From positions 21,153,292-21,217,291 of the forward strand of contig OZ316898.1 of NCBI GenBank assembly GCA_973895155.1: a stretch of 64,000 nt of DNA. The letters run 5' to 3'. The notes beneath the pieces are model-generated. The model worked only from the letters and a program-made list of their open reading frames with translations, was not told the DNA's origin and searched no databases. Within the stretch, counting starts at the first letter, position 1. The number at the start of each line of letters is the position of its first letter. Positions 37,663 through 48,886 of this stretch are shown piece after piece. This stretch comes from Marsupella aquatica (taxonomy: Eukaryota > Plantae > Marchantiophyta). Made by a program: the position numbers and the translations under genes.

Positions 37663-38852
37663 ACTGTCCCTGCTACTGCTCCCCACTTAGCCGTTTCATC
37701 CAATTGGTCTACATCCTTTACTTCCTCCGGAATTGCAGCTAAAAAGGTGGATTCTATTGTAAAGCAGTCCTCGACCTCTTCGTCTTCTTCTTCCAAGTCA
37801 CCTTCCATTGGTTCTTGCCATAATCTGCTGGGGGGTACCTCTGGTCCAAAGACGCCTTCTTCGGTTAGGTTAGTGAGGCATTCTAACCAACGTACTTCAT
37901 CGGCTGACTCCAGTCCACTATCGTACCCATCTACTTCCCTTATGCTTTTCCTACGGTCATCCTTAGTGTCCCAGGATACCGTGATAGAGGGGGTCCCGAA
38001 AGTGAACTGCTTTTTACCCCAATCTTCTATTACCTCGGCTAGGTACAGCCATGGCCTACCAATCAATAGCCGGAATGACGTAGGATTTACCGGCTTCATT
38101 ACTACATAGTTAATGCTAAAGAAGATACCTCCTATCTCTGTCTTGATGCCGGTTAACACTCCCGTCGGAATGACCTGATATCCATTGGCCATGTTCAACA
38201 CTCTTCCAGTCATCTCCGGTGTTAGACCCCACCCTTTTGCTGTTGAATCAATCATAATACATACCCCTGATCCTCCATCGATGGGTACCCGTAGTAATAA
38301 TTCTCCTTGAATCATTAATGGTAATGCTGGGGCTCCTTGATCTTCTTCTATCATTAGTACGTCGGATCTGGTTGCTACCTTGGGTAATCTCGGCTTGCCG
38401 AGAATAGCCTTCCTTAATTGCTTCCGGAAGTACGGGCTATTTTTCAATAGTTGACCTACTGTTGCCGAGACTCTAGATTCTAGTACATCTTTAGCCAGGT
38501 CATAGGGAACAATCGGCTTCTCTTCTGGTGGTGTTTCCGTCTTGGATTCGGCCAGTTTTGCCACGCTAGTCTCCACAGCTGTTGGGTCTTCCGAAGCAAA
38601 CAATGCTTTTGCTCGTTTTACATCCTTGGCAATGGCTTCGGTATTCTCCAGGGTTTCTAATTCTCTTAGTTGTTCCTTAACACTAGCCGTAACAGAGGGG
38701 TAGAACAACTTAGGATGATCTCGATTGAAGTCGCTATCTTGTGAAGGATTGGTTTCATTGGTGGGCTCATGGCTTACCTGTATTGCCGGAGCCCTCCCTT
38801 CTCCTTCTGTTGATGTTGACGAAGAGTCGATCCTTTCCTCTGTAACCTTCCC
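37593..38852 (-). CDS. Aspartic protease region, in frame with gag behind one TAA
   Basis: VPIDGGSGVCIM and LLIGRPWL; the frame is open from 38852. Confidence 0.85.
   Translation of the reverse strand, partial: GKVTEERIDSSSTSTEGEGRAPAIQVSHEPTNETNPSQDSDFNRDHPKLFYPSVTASVKEQLRELETLENTEAIAKDVKRAKALFASEDPTAVETSVAKLAESKTETPPEEKPIVPYDLAKDVLESRVSATVGQLLKNSPYFRKQLRKAILGKPRLPKVATRSDVLMIEEDQGAPALPLMIQGELLLRVPIDGGSGVCIMIDSTAKGWGLTPEMTGRVLNMANGYQVIPTGVLTGIKTEIGGIFFSINYVVMKPVNPTSFRLLIGRPWLYLAEVIEDWGKKQFTFGTPSITVSWDTKDDRRKSIREVDGYDSGLESADEVRWLECLTNLTEEGVFGPEVPPSRLWQEPMEGDLEEEDEEVEDCFTIESTFLAAIPEEVKDVDQLDETAKWGAVAGTVDFLQALWQSRRGPQRHRSSARN
37603..37662 (-). promoter_or_regulatory. Predicted -1 ribosomal frameshift signal (G GAU UUU plus pseudoknot)
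   Basis: GGATTTT, 5-nt spacer, stem GGCGTTGTGG/CCACAACGCC, loop GCCGA pairs with downstream TCGGC; conserved at 60549-60608. Confidence 0.8.
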
Positions 38853-40582
38853 TTAATTTTTGGCCAGCCCATCCCACCTTTCCTTCCTTCTGGTAGATCG
38901 AGTAGAGACCCGGTAGCAATCATGATCTAAATCCTCCTCTGAGAAGGTTGATAGGGCTTCGGCCTCATCATCAGATGGTACGAACTCTGCCTCGGCATCC
39001 TCTTGCCATCCTAGTTCGATGTGGTTGATTTGAACTCCTCCGGGGGTAGTACCTGGCGGTAAGATCTTGATCGGCAAAAGCTTATGATTTGCGGCCAGGC
39101 CTGCCAACCAAGTAGGACATTGCCCTAGCATATGACCTTCCTGTCGGCATCCCATACATAGCTGAGCTGGTTGTCCATCACCCTGTTTGCGTGCATTCGG
39201 GCATTCTCTAGCAAAATGGCCAGGTTGACCATAATTATAGCACGCCGCAAATCTTTGCACATTCGGCCTAGGAGGTACTGACGGGTTCTGAATAATCCGA
39301 GGATACATCTCTCCTGGATTGTTCCTTAACCCTGACCACAGAGATGCAGGTCTGTTGGATAGGTCTCGTGCTCCAGTCTCACTGATGCCGAAAACACTAT
39401 CAGCGGCATCTCCCAAAAAGTACTCTACTTCTCCCTGACATGGTCTGATCTCGGCCACATGCCGAACATGATTAGTATTAAGCTTAGGACACGCATCTTT
39501 ATGGTGTCCGGTTTTATAACATAAGGCACACCATACAGAGCTATCCTCCTGTACTACCTTCTTTGGTTTTACCTCTGCAATGATAGCCTTAAGTTGCTCG
39601 GTAAGGGCTACGATGTTATCTGGTGGCTTAGCCTCCATCTTGACTTTCGTCTTCCCTCTCCTTCTGCCCTTCCTTTTCCTAGTTTTTTCTTCTTCAGAAC
39701 TAGAAGATAACCCCTCTTGCTACTCCCACTATCCGAGCTTGACTTATCACTTCTAGACTTCTTGGAATGTTTCTTCTTCTTATCTTTTTTCTTATGGGGT
39801 GATCCCTCCTCTGATGAGGAACTCTCAGACTTAAGCTGTTTCTTCCGGCTTGTGATATCTGCATTAATGTATAATTGAATATCCTTAATTGCTTCGGCTA
39901 AAGTCTCCGGGTTCTCCTTCCTAATTGCAAAACTCATCTTCTGTGGCAAAGCATTCACCAACCATTGAAGTTGCATACCTTCAGATGCATTGGTCTTTGT
40001 ACGTCTTACCAGTTTCTGAAAGCGTTGCAAGAACTTCCTGAAGGATTTGTTCTCCTTGAACCGAAGTTGTCCCAACTTCAGCACTGCTAGTTCTGAAGTT
40101 CCAATGGGTCGAAACTCCTTAACAAAGAGTGTTTTGAAGATATCCCAGATGGCTTGATCTTCCACATCTAATGCTCTGTACCAAGGCCTAGCCTCACCCT
40201 TGAACAGGCCGGGAAGAATCTGCATCTTGATGGCCGATTCTCCATTTGCTGCAGCGGTTCCCTCGAAATCATCCAACCATTCGTCCGGATCCTCATCTCC
40301 TCTCCCATGAAATGCTTTGTAATGTATGCGCGACCGCTGGCTCAATCTGGTCCCTGGCCTCTCGTCTGGCCGTGCCTCTGGTTCCCCCATGTCGGTTGGA
40401 GACTCACTTCTCCTTACCGACTCTTCCTCTGGTATGTCTTCTTCGACGCCACTTCCAGTTTCGGAGCTACCAGCTCTTTCTGCCCCTCTCAGTCGCTGTG
40501 TATCATGCCACCCGGCGAGCTGCTGCAGTCGAGCTCTCTCCCGTTGAATCACTCTTTCTTCCCTCGGCGTAAGGTCAGTCAT
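38853..40582 (-). pseudogene. gag: Gag of element A, 1-nt frameshift near 39710
   Basis: ORFs of 324 aa and 261 aa together match the continuous gag of element B. Confidence 0.9.
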
Positions 40583-40629
40583 TACCTACGCTTCCGTTCT
40601 AACTTCATATCTCACGGCTTAAGAAATGC

Positions 40630-40647
40630 CCCCTCCATCTAGCGCCA
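40630..40647 (-). other. Primer binding site of element A, probably tRNA-Asn(GUU)
   Basis: LTR...CA TTTT TGGCGCTAGATGGAGGGG. Confidence 0.75.
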
Positions 40648-40651
40648 AAAA

Positions 40652-43600
40652 TGTGGTGCGTCCCATGGCTCCCTAAACCCAAGAAACCCCCCAGCTCAAG
40701 CCGATTCCTGCAGGTTTCGTGCTTGGCGAGGCCGTTTCCGCGGCTTAGCGGCATGGGACGCTGCTAACCTTCTACTACTACTATTAACATTTTACACACA
40801 TATACTGGACAGATCCTTCATCGGGTCATGAGATACGTAGCCGGCCTAATATAGGCCTTGCCTTGTCTTCCCCTGTCTTCCCCTCCGTCTTGTTAGGTAT
40901 GTTTGGATTCCGCCGCCGGAATGATCCCCAATAGGCTTGGTTAAGCCGCTAAGACCTCTCTCAGCTCGACACATCCAACTATCACTCCCCTGCTTACTTT
41001 CCTTCCTTCTGTTGATGTGGGCACTCTTCACACAAGTTAATGCGACACACAAATAGCAAAATGACTCATTCTGACTGAGTCATACCATGCACTTGCCATA
41101 CAAACAGTACATCTCATACACAAGTTCTGCGAACTAAGCCGTGAGGCCAACTCTATTCAGCTCTTAGGCATGAGGAAACATGAATATACACAAGGGTCAC
41201 TGTATGACTAACCGAGAGCTTCTCGTACTACTTGATCCCAGCCCGGCTGGTGCAAACTAAAAACTTGCTAAAGAAGAGGCCCTGAGCTCCCCGCTGCCCA
41301 GGTACTTATCCTGGTAGTGGATCCGCCATTCTTTGCATCGTAAGCCTAATCTACCTGACAGTAATCTACTTGCCCGAATCTACCTATGTACAGCAAGGCA
41401 GGAGCACAAGTGTTGCTCCTACCAGTGGAACCGCAATCCCACTAAGCTAAGTGTCAGGGCCGCTCCTGGTTCTGATCCTAATCCTAAACGTGGAGATCCG
41501 CGCCCGCCCTGCCCACTCACGCCTCCTCCCTCCACGTCCGCCCTCCCTAAAAGGAATGGCGCCCTTGCACCGTCACGACACCGGTGGTGGATCCTCAATG
41601 GACGCCCCCAACACTTCCTCCTCAGCCACTGCCGTTGGCCCGCCTACTGACAGATTACCTGCCCTTGACCGAGTCAACTCTCCATCGGCCTGACTGGGTC
41701 CACCTTCGGCTTCAGCCTCGACACCGGCCTCGGCAATACCCACGGCTTCGGCCTCAGCCACTCCCACGGCTTCGGCTTCAGCCACTCCCTCGGCTTCGGC
41801 CTCCCCTTCCCCTAGGGTAGTTGGATCCTTAGCCGTGACCCTGTCTGGGGTCGGTGCTGGGTCTACCTCCTTGATCACCACGGCCTGTGAAGTCGTATTA
41901 CTCCTTGACCCTGAAGGTTTCCGCTTCTTCTTCGTTGGTGGCTCGGCAGCTGGTCCCTTCCCCTTCCCACTTACTTCCGGCACTGGTGCAGTTGACGCGG
42001 CTTGTCCTTCGGCAATTACCACCCCTGGTAACTGGTTTGTCCCAACGGGAGATGGACCTGCTGTAGCTAAGCATTTAAATACTGCGGCTTGTTTCTTCAG
42101 CCGCTCTGTTTAGTTGTCGGCCCGCCGCTGTAGGTTCTCCATCTTCCTCGTGATTTCCTCCAACTCCTCTTGGGTTTCATCCAGGTCCTTACGTGCCCCC
42201 TCCAGCTCGTTTTTGGCCTCCTCCTGCTCCCTGTGGGCTTCCTCCAATTCCTTCTTCAAGGTAGCCCTCTCCTCCTGGGTTGCTCTTAGCTCCTTGTCGA
42301 GCTCTGCAATGATGACAGACTCCATCTGGTTCATCTTGGCGTAAGTCTGTTCGAGCATCTCGTCCTTCTCCCTTAGGTCGGCCTTGAAGCTGGCCGTCAG
42401 GGACGCAAGCTCCTGCTGCAGCGCCATAATCCCTTGATAGGATTTCCCTAACTCGACCTCCTTCTGCTCAAGGGCTCCGCGGATTTTCTCGAGCTCCCCT
42501 TTCAACGCCCATTCCTTTCTTTGGGTCTCCGCCATGGCCCGGCTGTTGGCTGTTATGTGGGCCTCCTCTGTATTCTTCAGCTCTTGCTTCCACTTCTCCC
42601 TCTCTTTGATCGTGTCGGCCAACTCTTCCTGCGTCTGAGTCAGTTTATCCTTGATATTCTGATTATCAGCCTGCGCGGCGTCCAACTGCCCCTGCATGAT
42701 GTTCAGCTCATGTCATTTAATCCGCAGTTCATCTTGGGCTTTCTTGGCCGCCCTTAGATCTTCAATCTCGGCTTCCATCCTCCTAAGCCGCCGAATGACC
42801 TCGTCCTTCTTGCTTCTCTCTAAAGCCACCGCTTCTTCTAATTGGTGCTTCTCCAATTGCTCCCTATGAAAAAAGGGTCCTACCTCCAACTCCTCTCCAA
42901 AGATGCCGAGCGCAAGTTCCCCACACATCTCACCATACTCCATGGCTCTATTCTTAGCGTAGGTGGAGTAAGTAGAAGTGATCGGCATCGCCCATCGTGG
43001 CCTCTGCTCCCACGCCGTCCTGCGGATCTCTTCAATCGTGGCTAGAGGTTTGCTTCCTTTTTCGGCTAGCCGCCTGATGTCCTCCGGCCAATCTCCTCCT
43101 GGTAAATCCTTTTCCTTAGCCAGGGCGGCCTCTTCCTCCTGCTTGATTCGCTCCTGAAATTCCTGCACCGTCTGTTTTATGCCGTCGAAGCTCGGGGGAG
43201 CAACATCTGGTGGGGGAGACTCAGGGCTACTCTGCTGGTTGGGGTCCCCTCGCACTACCCTTGGAAGTGTGGGGACAAACCGGCCACAGGTCCTTACTCC
43301 TGGAACGTGATGGTCCGACCCATAGCCGGAATTATCAGGGCTGCAGTCCTCCACTGCCTCCTCTACCTCTTGGACGTCCGGCTTCTCCCTCTCCTCTTCC
43401 TCGGTAGGAGCTTCAGGCAATTCTGCCTCAGATTCGGAGGTTGAGGTTCCCACGTACATTCGAACACCTGGCTTGGATTCCGGCCTGATTCTCTTCTTGT
43501 CTCTAGCAAAGGGGTTTTCTCTTGTGAGCCGGTGTAGGCCTACCTCTGTAGTAGTGTCCTGCATTGTTGCCGTTGCCGTTGTTGTTGCCGATGCCGATTT

Positions 43601-45313
43601 CTTTTTTCTTTCTCCAGTAGTTTCAGCAGACTCTGCATGCCTGGTTGCTGCATCGGCAAGTCTTCCTTCCTGGGCCTAAACACCTGCTCGATCGTAGGAC
43701 TAACAGGTGGTTGAGGCTTCTCAGCCAACGGCCTCGGCGTTGGAGCTTCCTCGGGTGCCCTTACCTGCAGGGGAAGTACCGGGGCAAAAGTCTGACCTCT
43801 GGCATACCGGCACAACAGCGGCATGTGATAGCCAAGCCGCGACACGCTTCCCATGCCGATTACCTGCTGCTCCTCCTTTAAGATCTTCTTCAATTGGTTG
43901 AGGAGGTACCCGTTGTAGTCCCGGCTTGGGTCTGGCCTTTCTGCCAGATAGACCTGTGCTTTGCCGATCTCTGCCCTTGGCAAGTTACAATGCATGGTCA
44001 CCCGCAAGAAGTCGATCATCTCTCCTATGTGCGGGTTGGTGCAGGTGTTCCGAAAGAAGCCATTCTTCGTTGATGGCCCGGGGAACGACCGGAACTCCTT
44101 GTCAGGCAAGGTCTTCCTGGTATCAACTTTGGTCTTATTGCCTATCGGCAAGCCAAACACTTCGGCAATTACCTTGGGAGTAAGATAGAAATCCTTCCCA
44201 TATATCCTCGTGCAATTGGTCTCGGGTTCCCATGACCCCACGAATTCTAATAGGTCTGACTCCGGTACCTCCGGCTTCAGCCATGGTAATCTTACAAAGG
44301 CCTCCAAGCCGGATCCGGCCATGAAGCCTTGGTACTTCTTGGTCTGCATGGCCGTAAAGCATGCATCCTCCTCCCGTGCAAAATGTAGTTGCACCTCCAC
44401 CGGTAGGGTTGCCGCCCAGCCCTTCCAGGTGTCATCCCTGGTTGGAATGGCCTTGATGGGATCGACCTCCTCCTCTTCGGCTTCTCCCTGCCCCTTGCTC
44501 TGCTGCTCGGCTGGCTTCTTTGGTGCCGCCGACCTCGTTCTTTTTGCCGGGGTGGCTTCATCGTTGACGGCCCCCTTCCTCTTCATCTCTGCTGCCGTGG
44601 AGGTTTCTCCTAGCACCGTTGCCCGGGTCCACCTTTCCGTGCTACCCTTTAATTCCCAGTGTATGTCGTTGCAGTTCTTGATGGCCTCTCGGATGCCGAC
44701 GACGCTGTCTTTGCAAAACAGAAGATCGTCGAGTTGATTGGAAGTAGGCGTCCACAGGAACTCGTCCTTGATGAGTTCGCCTCCTAAGAAAGCCGTCTTC
44801 TGCAGCTCCCACAATCGAGCGAGCTCCTGCCGTTCTCGAGCTGCCCTTTCTGACTCCTCGTCCTCGTAAGTCTTGATGTACTCAGTTGCCCGTTCGACCA
44901 GGCATCCCCAGAAATGTGCCGCTTGATTGACGTTGCTCATACCCTCCTTAGGTCGATCGTCGGTATCTACTCTCTCCCCGAGTGCTTGCCTAAGCAGCTG
45001 ACAGTAGTTGGCCTCCCGTAGTCGTCTGCCTAGTTCGTGCTCGCAAATGAGCCACCATCTCCTGCAAGCGCTCCTTACCCCTCTCCTCTGCCGGTCCTTC
45101 TTCCCGTTGATCCTTCCTAGCCGCCGACGCTTAACGTGCCCTAACCCTAATCGGGTTTTCACCCTCAGCCTTACCTCCGGCCTCGGCCCGGGTTCCATGG
45201 TTGCCCCTAATTGTTTATATTTTCCTGGTTTTGTCCCTATACTAAGGTGTTCCTAGGGTGCCTTCCTGCTTTACCCACTTAACCGGTCGAGTGATTCCTG
45301 TCTAGGCATCACA
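40652..45313 (-). repeat. 5' LTR of element A (4662 bp)
   Basis: About 25 substitutions (counted by eye) and one 2-nt indel versus the 3' LTR. Confidence 0.96.
41573..45198 (-). pseudogene. ORF-X in the 5' LTR of element A (+2 frameshift near 43600; stops at 42713 and 42110)
   Basis: ORFs of 552, 283, 195 and 149 aa tile the protein. Confidence 0.9.
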
Positions 45314-45808
45314 GAGAACCTTTGAAGAATAGAGGGGTGGATGAAGATGGGTTACGTGGGGGAGTTGATCGACATTTGGGTGTTGAATTATGGTAACACA
45401 AGTGTCCCAGTGATATTGATGAAGGGATCATGGGTGAAATCAGAGTGGCAGAGACCAAGGGCCACCATGAAGCGTGATCATGATGGGTTCTTGTTGGCCA
45501 ATTTTAGGTCCAGAGTACCAAAATGGTCTGAGCCTTTTGTTTTCCCTAGCCAAGTTGAACAGGCTTTCTTTGCAGATGTGGAGGAGTCACATGGCTGGAG
45601 GGTGGTATGCCATAGCCAAGCACGGAACAGGCGGATGGATGGAAGTAAAGAAGAGTTCAGTTTGGATGACCATGCTGCATTCGAGCATCCTAGTCACGAG
45701 ACTGTACTTCCAACTCGGGCAGGGACTGACTACATCCCCTTAACATTGAGAGAGACATATGATGAACCTGGGCAAATGGAATATGATGAGGTTGATGATT
45801 TGCAATAG
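45314..45808 (+). pseudogene. CACTA transposase C-terminal part (DUF4216-type)
   Basis: GYVGELIDIWVLNY...VILMKGSWV...EPFVFPSQVEQAFF...GWRVV. Confidence 0.85.
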
Positions 45809-48800
45809 GCAACAGCTGGCGATTGGCAAGTATGAGGTTGAGGATGACTACCTGCACAGAGTCACAGAACGGGAATTGCTACCTGGAATGATGTTTAGGA
45901 TAGTTGGATATGCATGAAATTGATTGATACTTTGAATTTAGTGTGCTGATTCTCCCTGGTTGGTTGTGGGTGCTGTGCAGAAGCTATGGGGGAAGAGGGT
46001 GATGACATGGAGACAGACATGGGGCTTGGAGAGTGGGGTGAAGAGGAAAGATTGGATATGGATGGAGACCCAGATGCAGGGGGCTCACAGAAAAATGCAC
46101 TTGTGCAGGATGCACAGGGCCCTCATCAAGTCCCAGGTAGGTGGGCAGCTAGAGAGAAATCACATAATCCATACCCTAGAAGGAGCCAGAGTTATTGGCA
46201 AGGGACGCCTGATAATTATGATGATGACTATGATGGAGCAGAAGATGGATGGGATGAATATGAACACCCAGAGCGTGGTAGAGATGGGTACAGAGGGCAA
46301 TGGAAAGGTGAGGAGGATGATTGGACAAGTAAGTGCCTTGTGCTAGTGATTTTGTGATGGTAGTAGAGATTTAGCTCAATATGGACTTATCTGATGTGTA
46401 GCTAGGGCAAAGAGTTTATCTTACAGGTCCATGAGTGTGGCATGTACCTGTTGGTATGCAGACTCTGATTGGGACAATCACAAAAACAACAAATGCCATC
46501 CACGTTCAGATAGGAGGCAATCATTCACAGGCGGGAGAAACGGCCCTAATTCATCAAGACAAAGCAATAGGACAGGTGGTCCAGAACCATCTATGCGCCA
46601 AGGGAGAGGTAACTTGGTCATTGCAGAATTGCTCTGAAGTCCAGTGTATATTTGGCAGCAGGATTTATGATTCATACTTACCTAATGGATCCTGTAAATG
46701 TGCAGGGACTCCAGGGAGGTTTGGACAATGCAATCCAGGCCGTGGGGGAGATCAGGCCGTGGAGGGACCCCAGGCCGTGGGGGGACACCAGGCCGTGGAG
46801 GGACACCTAGTAGCGCTTCAGGGAGTACCAAGGCAGGAGACAGTAACAAATTTGGTAAAGTAGAAGTGAATTCTGATGGTTGGATAACTCCCACATGTGA
46901 TGGTAAGAACCGTTGGCATTCTGACCTAAGAGGAGAAGTATTGCGTTGGTTAGATTTGAGCATTACAGAGTTAGGAGTCAGAACAAAGCTGATTGGGCTG
47001 CTATCTGGAAGGACATTCTTGAACGGTGGGACTATGTTGGTAATGATGGTAAGGGCCCAGTTGAAGATTGCATATCAGATTATGCAATGAGGATTTTGAA
47101 ACAAGAGAGGCATAGGTTGAAAAGGATGTGGATAGACAATGGTTCTAACAGGAGAATGTCACCACCCCCATCATTGGAATTGGATCAATGGACACGGTTA
47201 ATCAAAGGGTTCATGTCGGAGGCTGGGCAGAGCAAGAGTGAACTGATGTCAAATGCTCAAGGCAAAGTGAAACACCTGTCACAGGCTGGGAGAGGAAGTT
47301 ATGCTCCAGTGAAAGAACAATTGGTAAGGCAGTGACATGCCTGATAGTAAGCCTCAAACTTATCATCTTGCTACCATTATTACATTTTCATTGACAATCA
47401 ACACTTGGTTTCATTCATATGTATGTTGATGTGGACTGCAGAAGAAATTGACAGGTGAAGAACCATCAGCACAAGAAGTGAGAGAGGAGTTCATGAAACA
47501 AAGGAGTGAGGTGACAAGTGTGACTTCCAAACAGGTGATTATGTTGTAATTCTGTATGTTCTGTGACTATTTGGCCTTGAGCATCAGAAAGAATTGTAGT
47601 AGGAAGTAAGCAACCAGTTCTTGGGGACAATTATCTGAGATATGTAAGTTGTGTTATGACAGGGAACTGTTACAACTCTCACAGAGATGTGTGAATGGTT
47701 GAAGTCATTAGAGTATGGACTCCCTCGAGTGGAAAGTAAATTGGCTGATCGTTTGGATATTGTGGAGGCATCTGTAGCGAACCTTCTTGCATCAATGGAA
47801 TCTAATTTCAAGCTTGTGATTGAAAAATTGGGTGATTCTCAACCAAACAATGAGGGCAACATTGTACAAAGTGTGCCCTTGTTAACAAAAAAGGGAATTG
47901 GCAAATCTGACACAGGTATGGAAATGACACTGGCCCATTGTTCATTGTGTCCTATGTTCAAATGTTAGAAGTAAGTTTTCATGAATTGAGTGAATGGTTT
48001 GAATGCAGGAAGAGTGGAGGCAGAGAAGGACCCTGTAATCAGTAAGCAGAATGGCAAAAAGGTTGCTGAGACAGGTAACCTGCTATGATCCAGTACATTA
48101 CATTTGAAAAGTGCATGGAGTTTTGTGAAGCTTAAGCCGGTTGGAGGTAATCTTTTTTGTAAGAACTGGTTGGATCAACTGGGATCTGAAGTGACATCAT
48201 GATTGATATATCAGGTGATTCAAAGAGCAATGAAAAAGATGTGCCCAGTGCCTCAGTGACCATAGCCAAGGAGGTATCAGGTAAGCTGATGCTTTAAATT
48301 CCTCTCCTACCATTGTTGAGAAACAATTCAGTGGTTAATAGATTGAACCTGAATATTGTGGTGTGTTTATTGATCAGCAGAAGCAGACATGGAGGATATG
48401 GCAATGGCAAAGAAGGGGAAGAAGGCTGTTCATAATGGTAAGGAGATAGTAACAACTTTGTGGTTAGTGACATGTACATGGCGCACATGTGATGAGTGAA
48501 TCACTTATGTTGGACAATGCACTGAATTGTAGTTGATGCAGAGTTGACAGACTCTCAACCAAGTGGGAGCAGGGTGAAGCGACGTCAAAACTTGGGAGCA
48601 ACATTGGATGCAAGTAAGATTGTAGATGCTTCAATTGAAGCAAGTACAATGTTGGCAGATACAGAGATGATGTCGCAGGGAAATCCTGCTACACAATCGG
48701 AAGTGTCAAATATGGATGCAGATTCTTTGAAGAAGAGTGTAGCCAATTCTCGATCACCAGCACAAAACACTCGTGCCAAAGTCATGACTTGCAACCAAGG

Positions 48801-48886
48801 TATGAATAATGTCATGTATAAGCCACCCAGGAAAGCCAAGAAAAACAGCCAGGGTAAGGTGGAGGTGATAGCCACAGCAGAGCCAG

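Larger units (their letters stand above)
29772..45313 (-). mobile_element. Full-length Ty3/gypsy non-chromovirus (Athila-like RT/RH/IN) element A, 15,542 bp
   Basis: TG...CA ends, 5-bp TSD GAGAA (29767-29771 and 45314-45318), PBS, PPT, order gag-PR-RT-RH-IN; the CACTA transposase resumes after the TSD. Confidence 0.96.

Noticed and set aside
40652-45313. The duplication as a tandem or segmental duplication or assembly artefact instead of an LTR
   Set aside because: Its ends coincide with the PBS, PPT, TG/CA and TSD, and the copies differ by scattered transitions.
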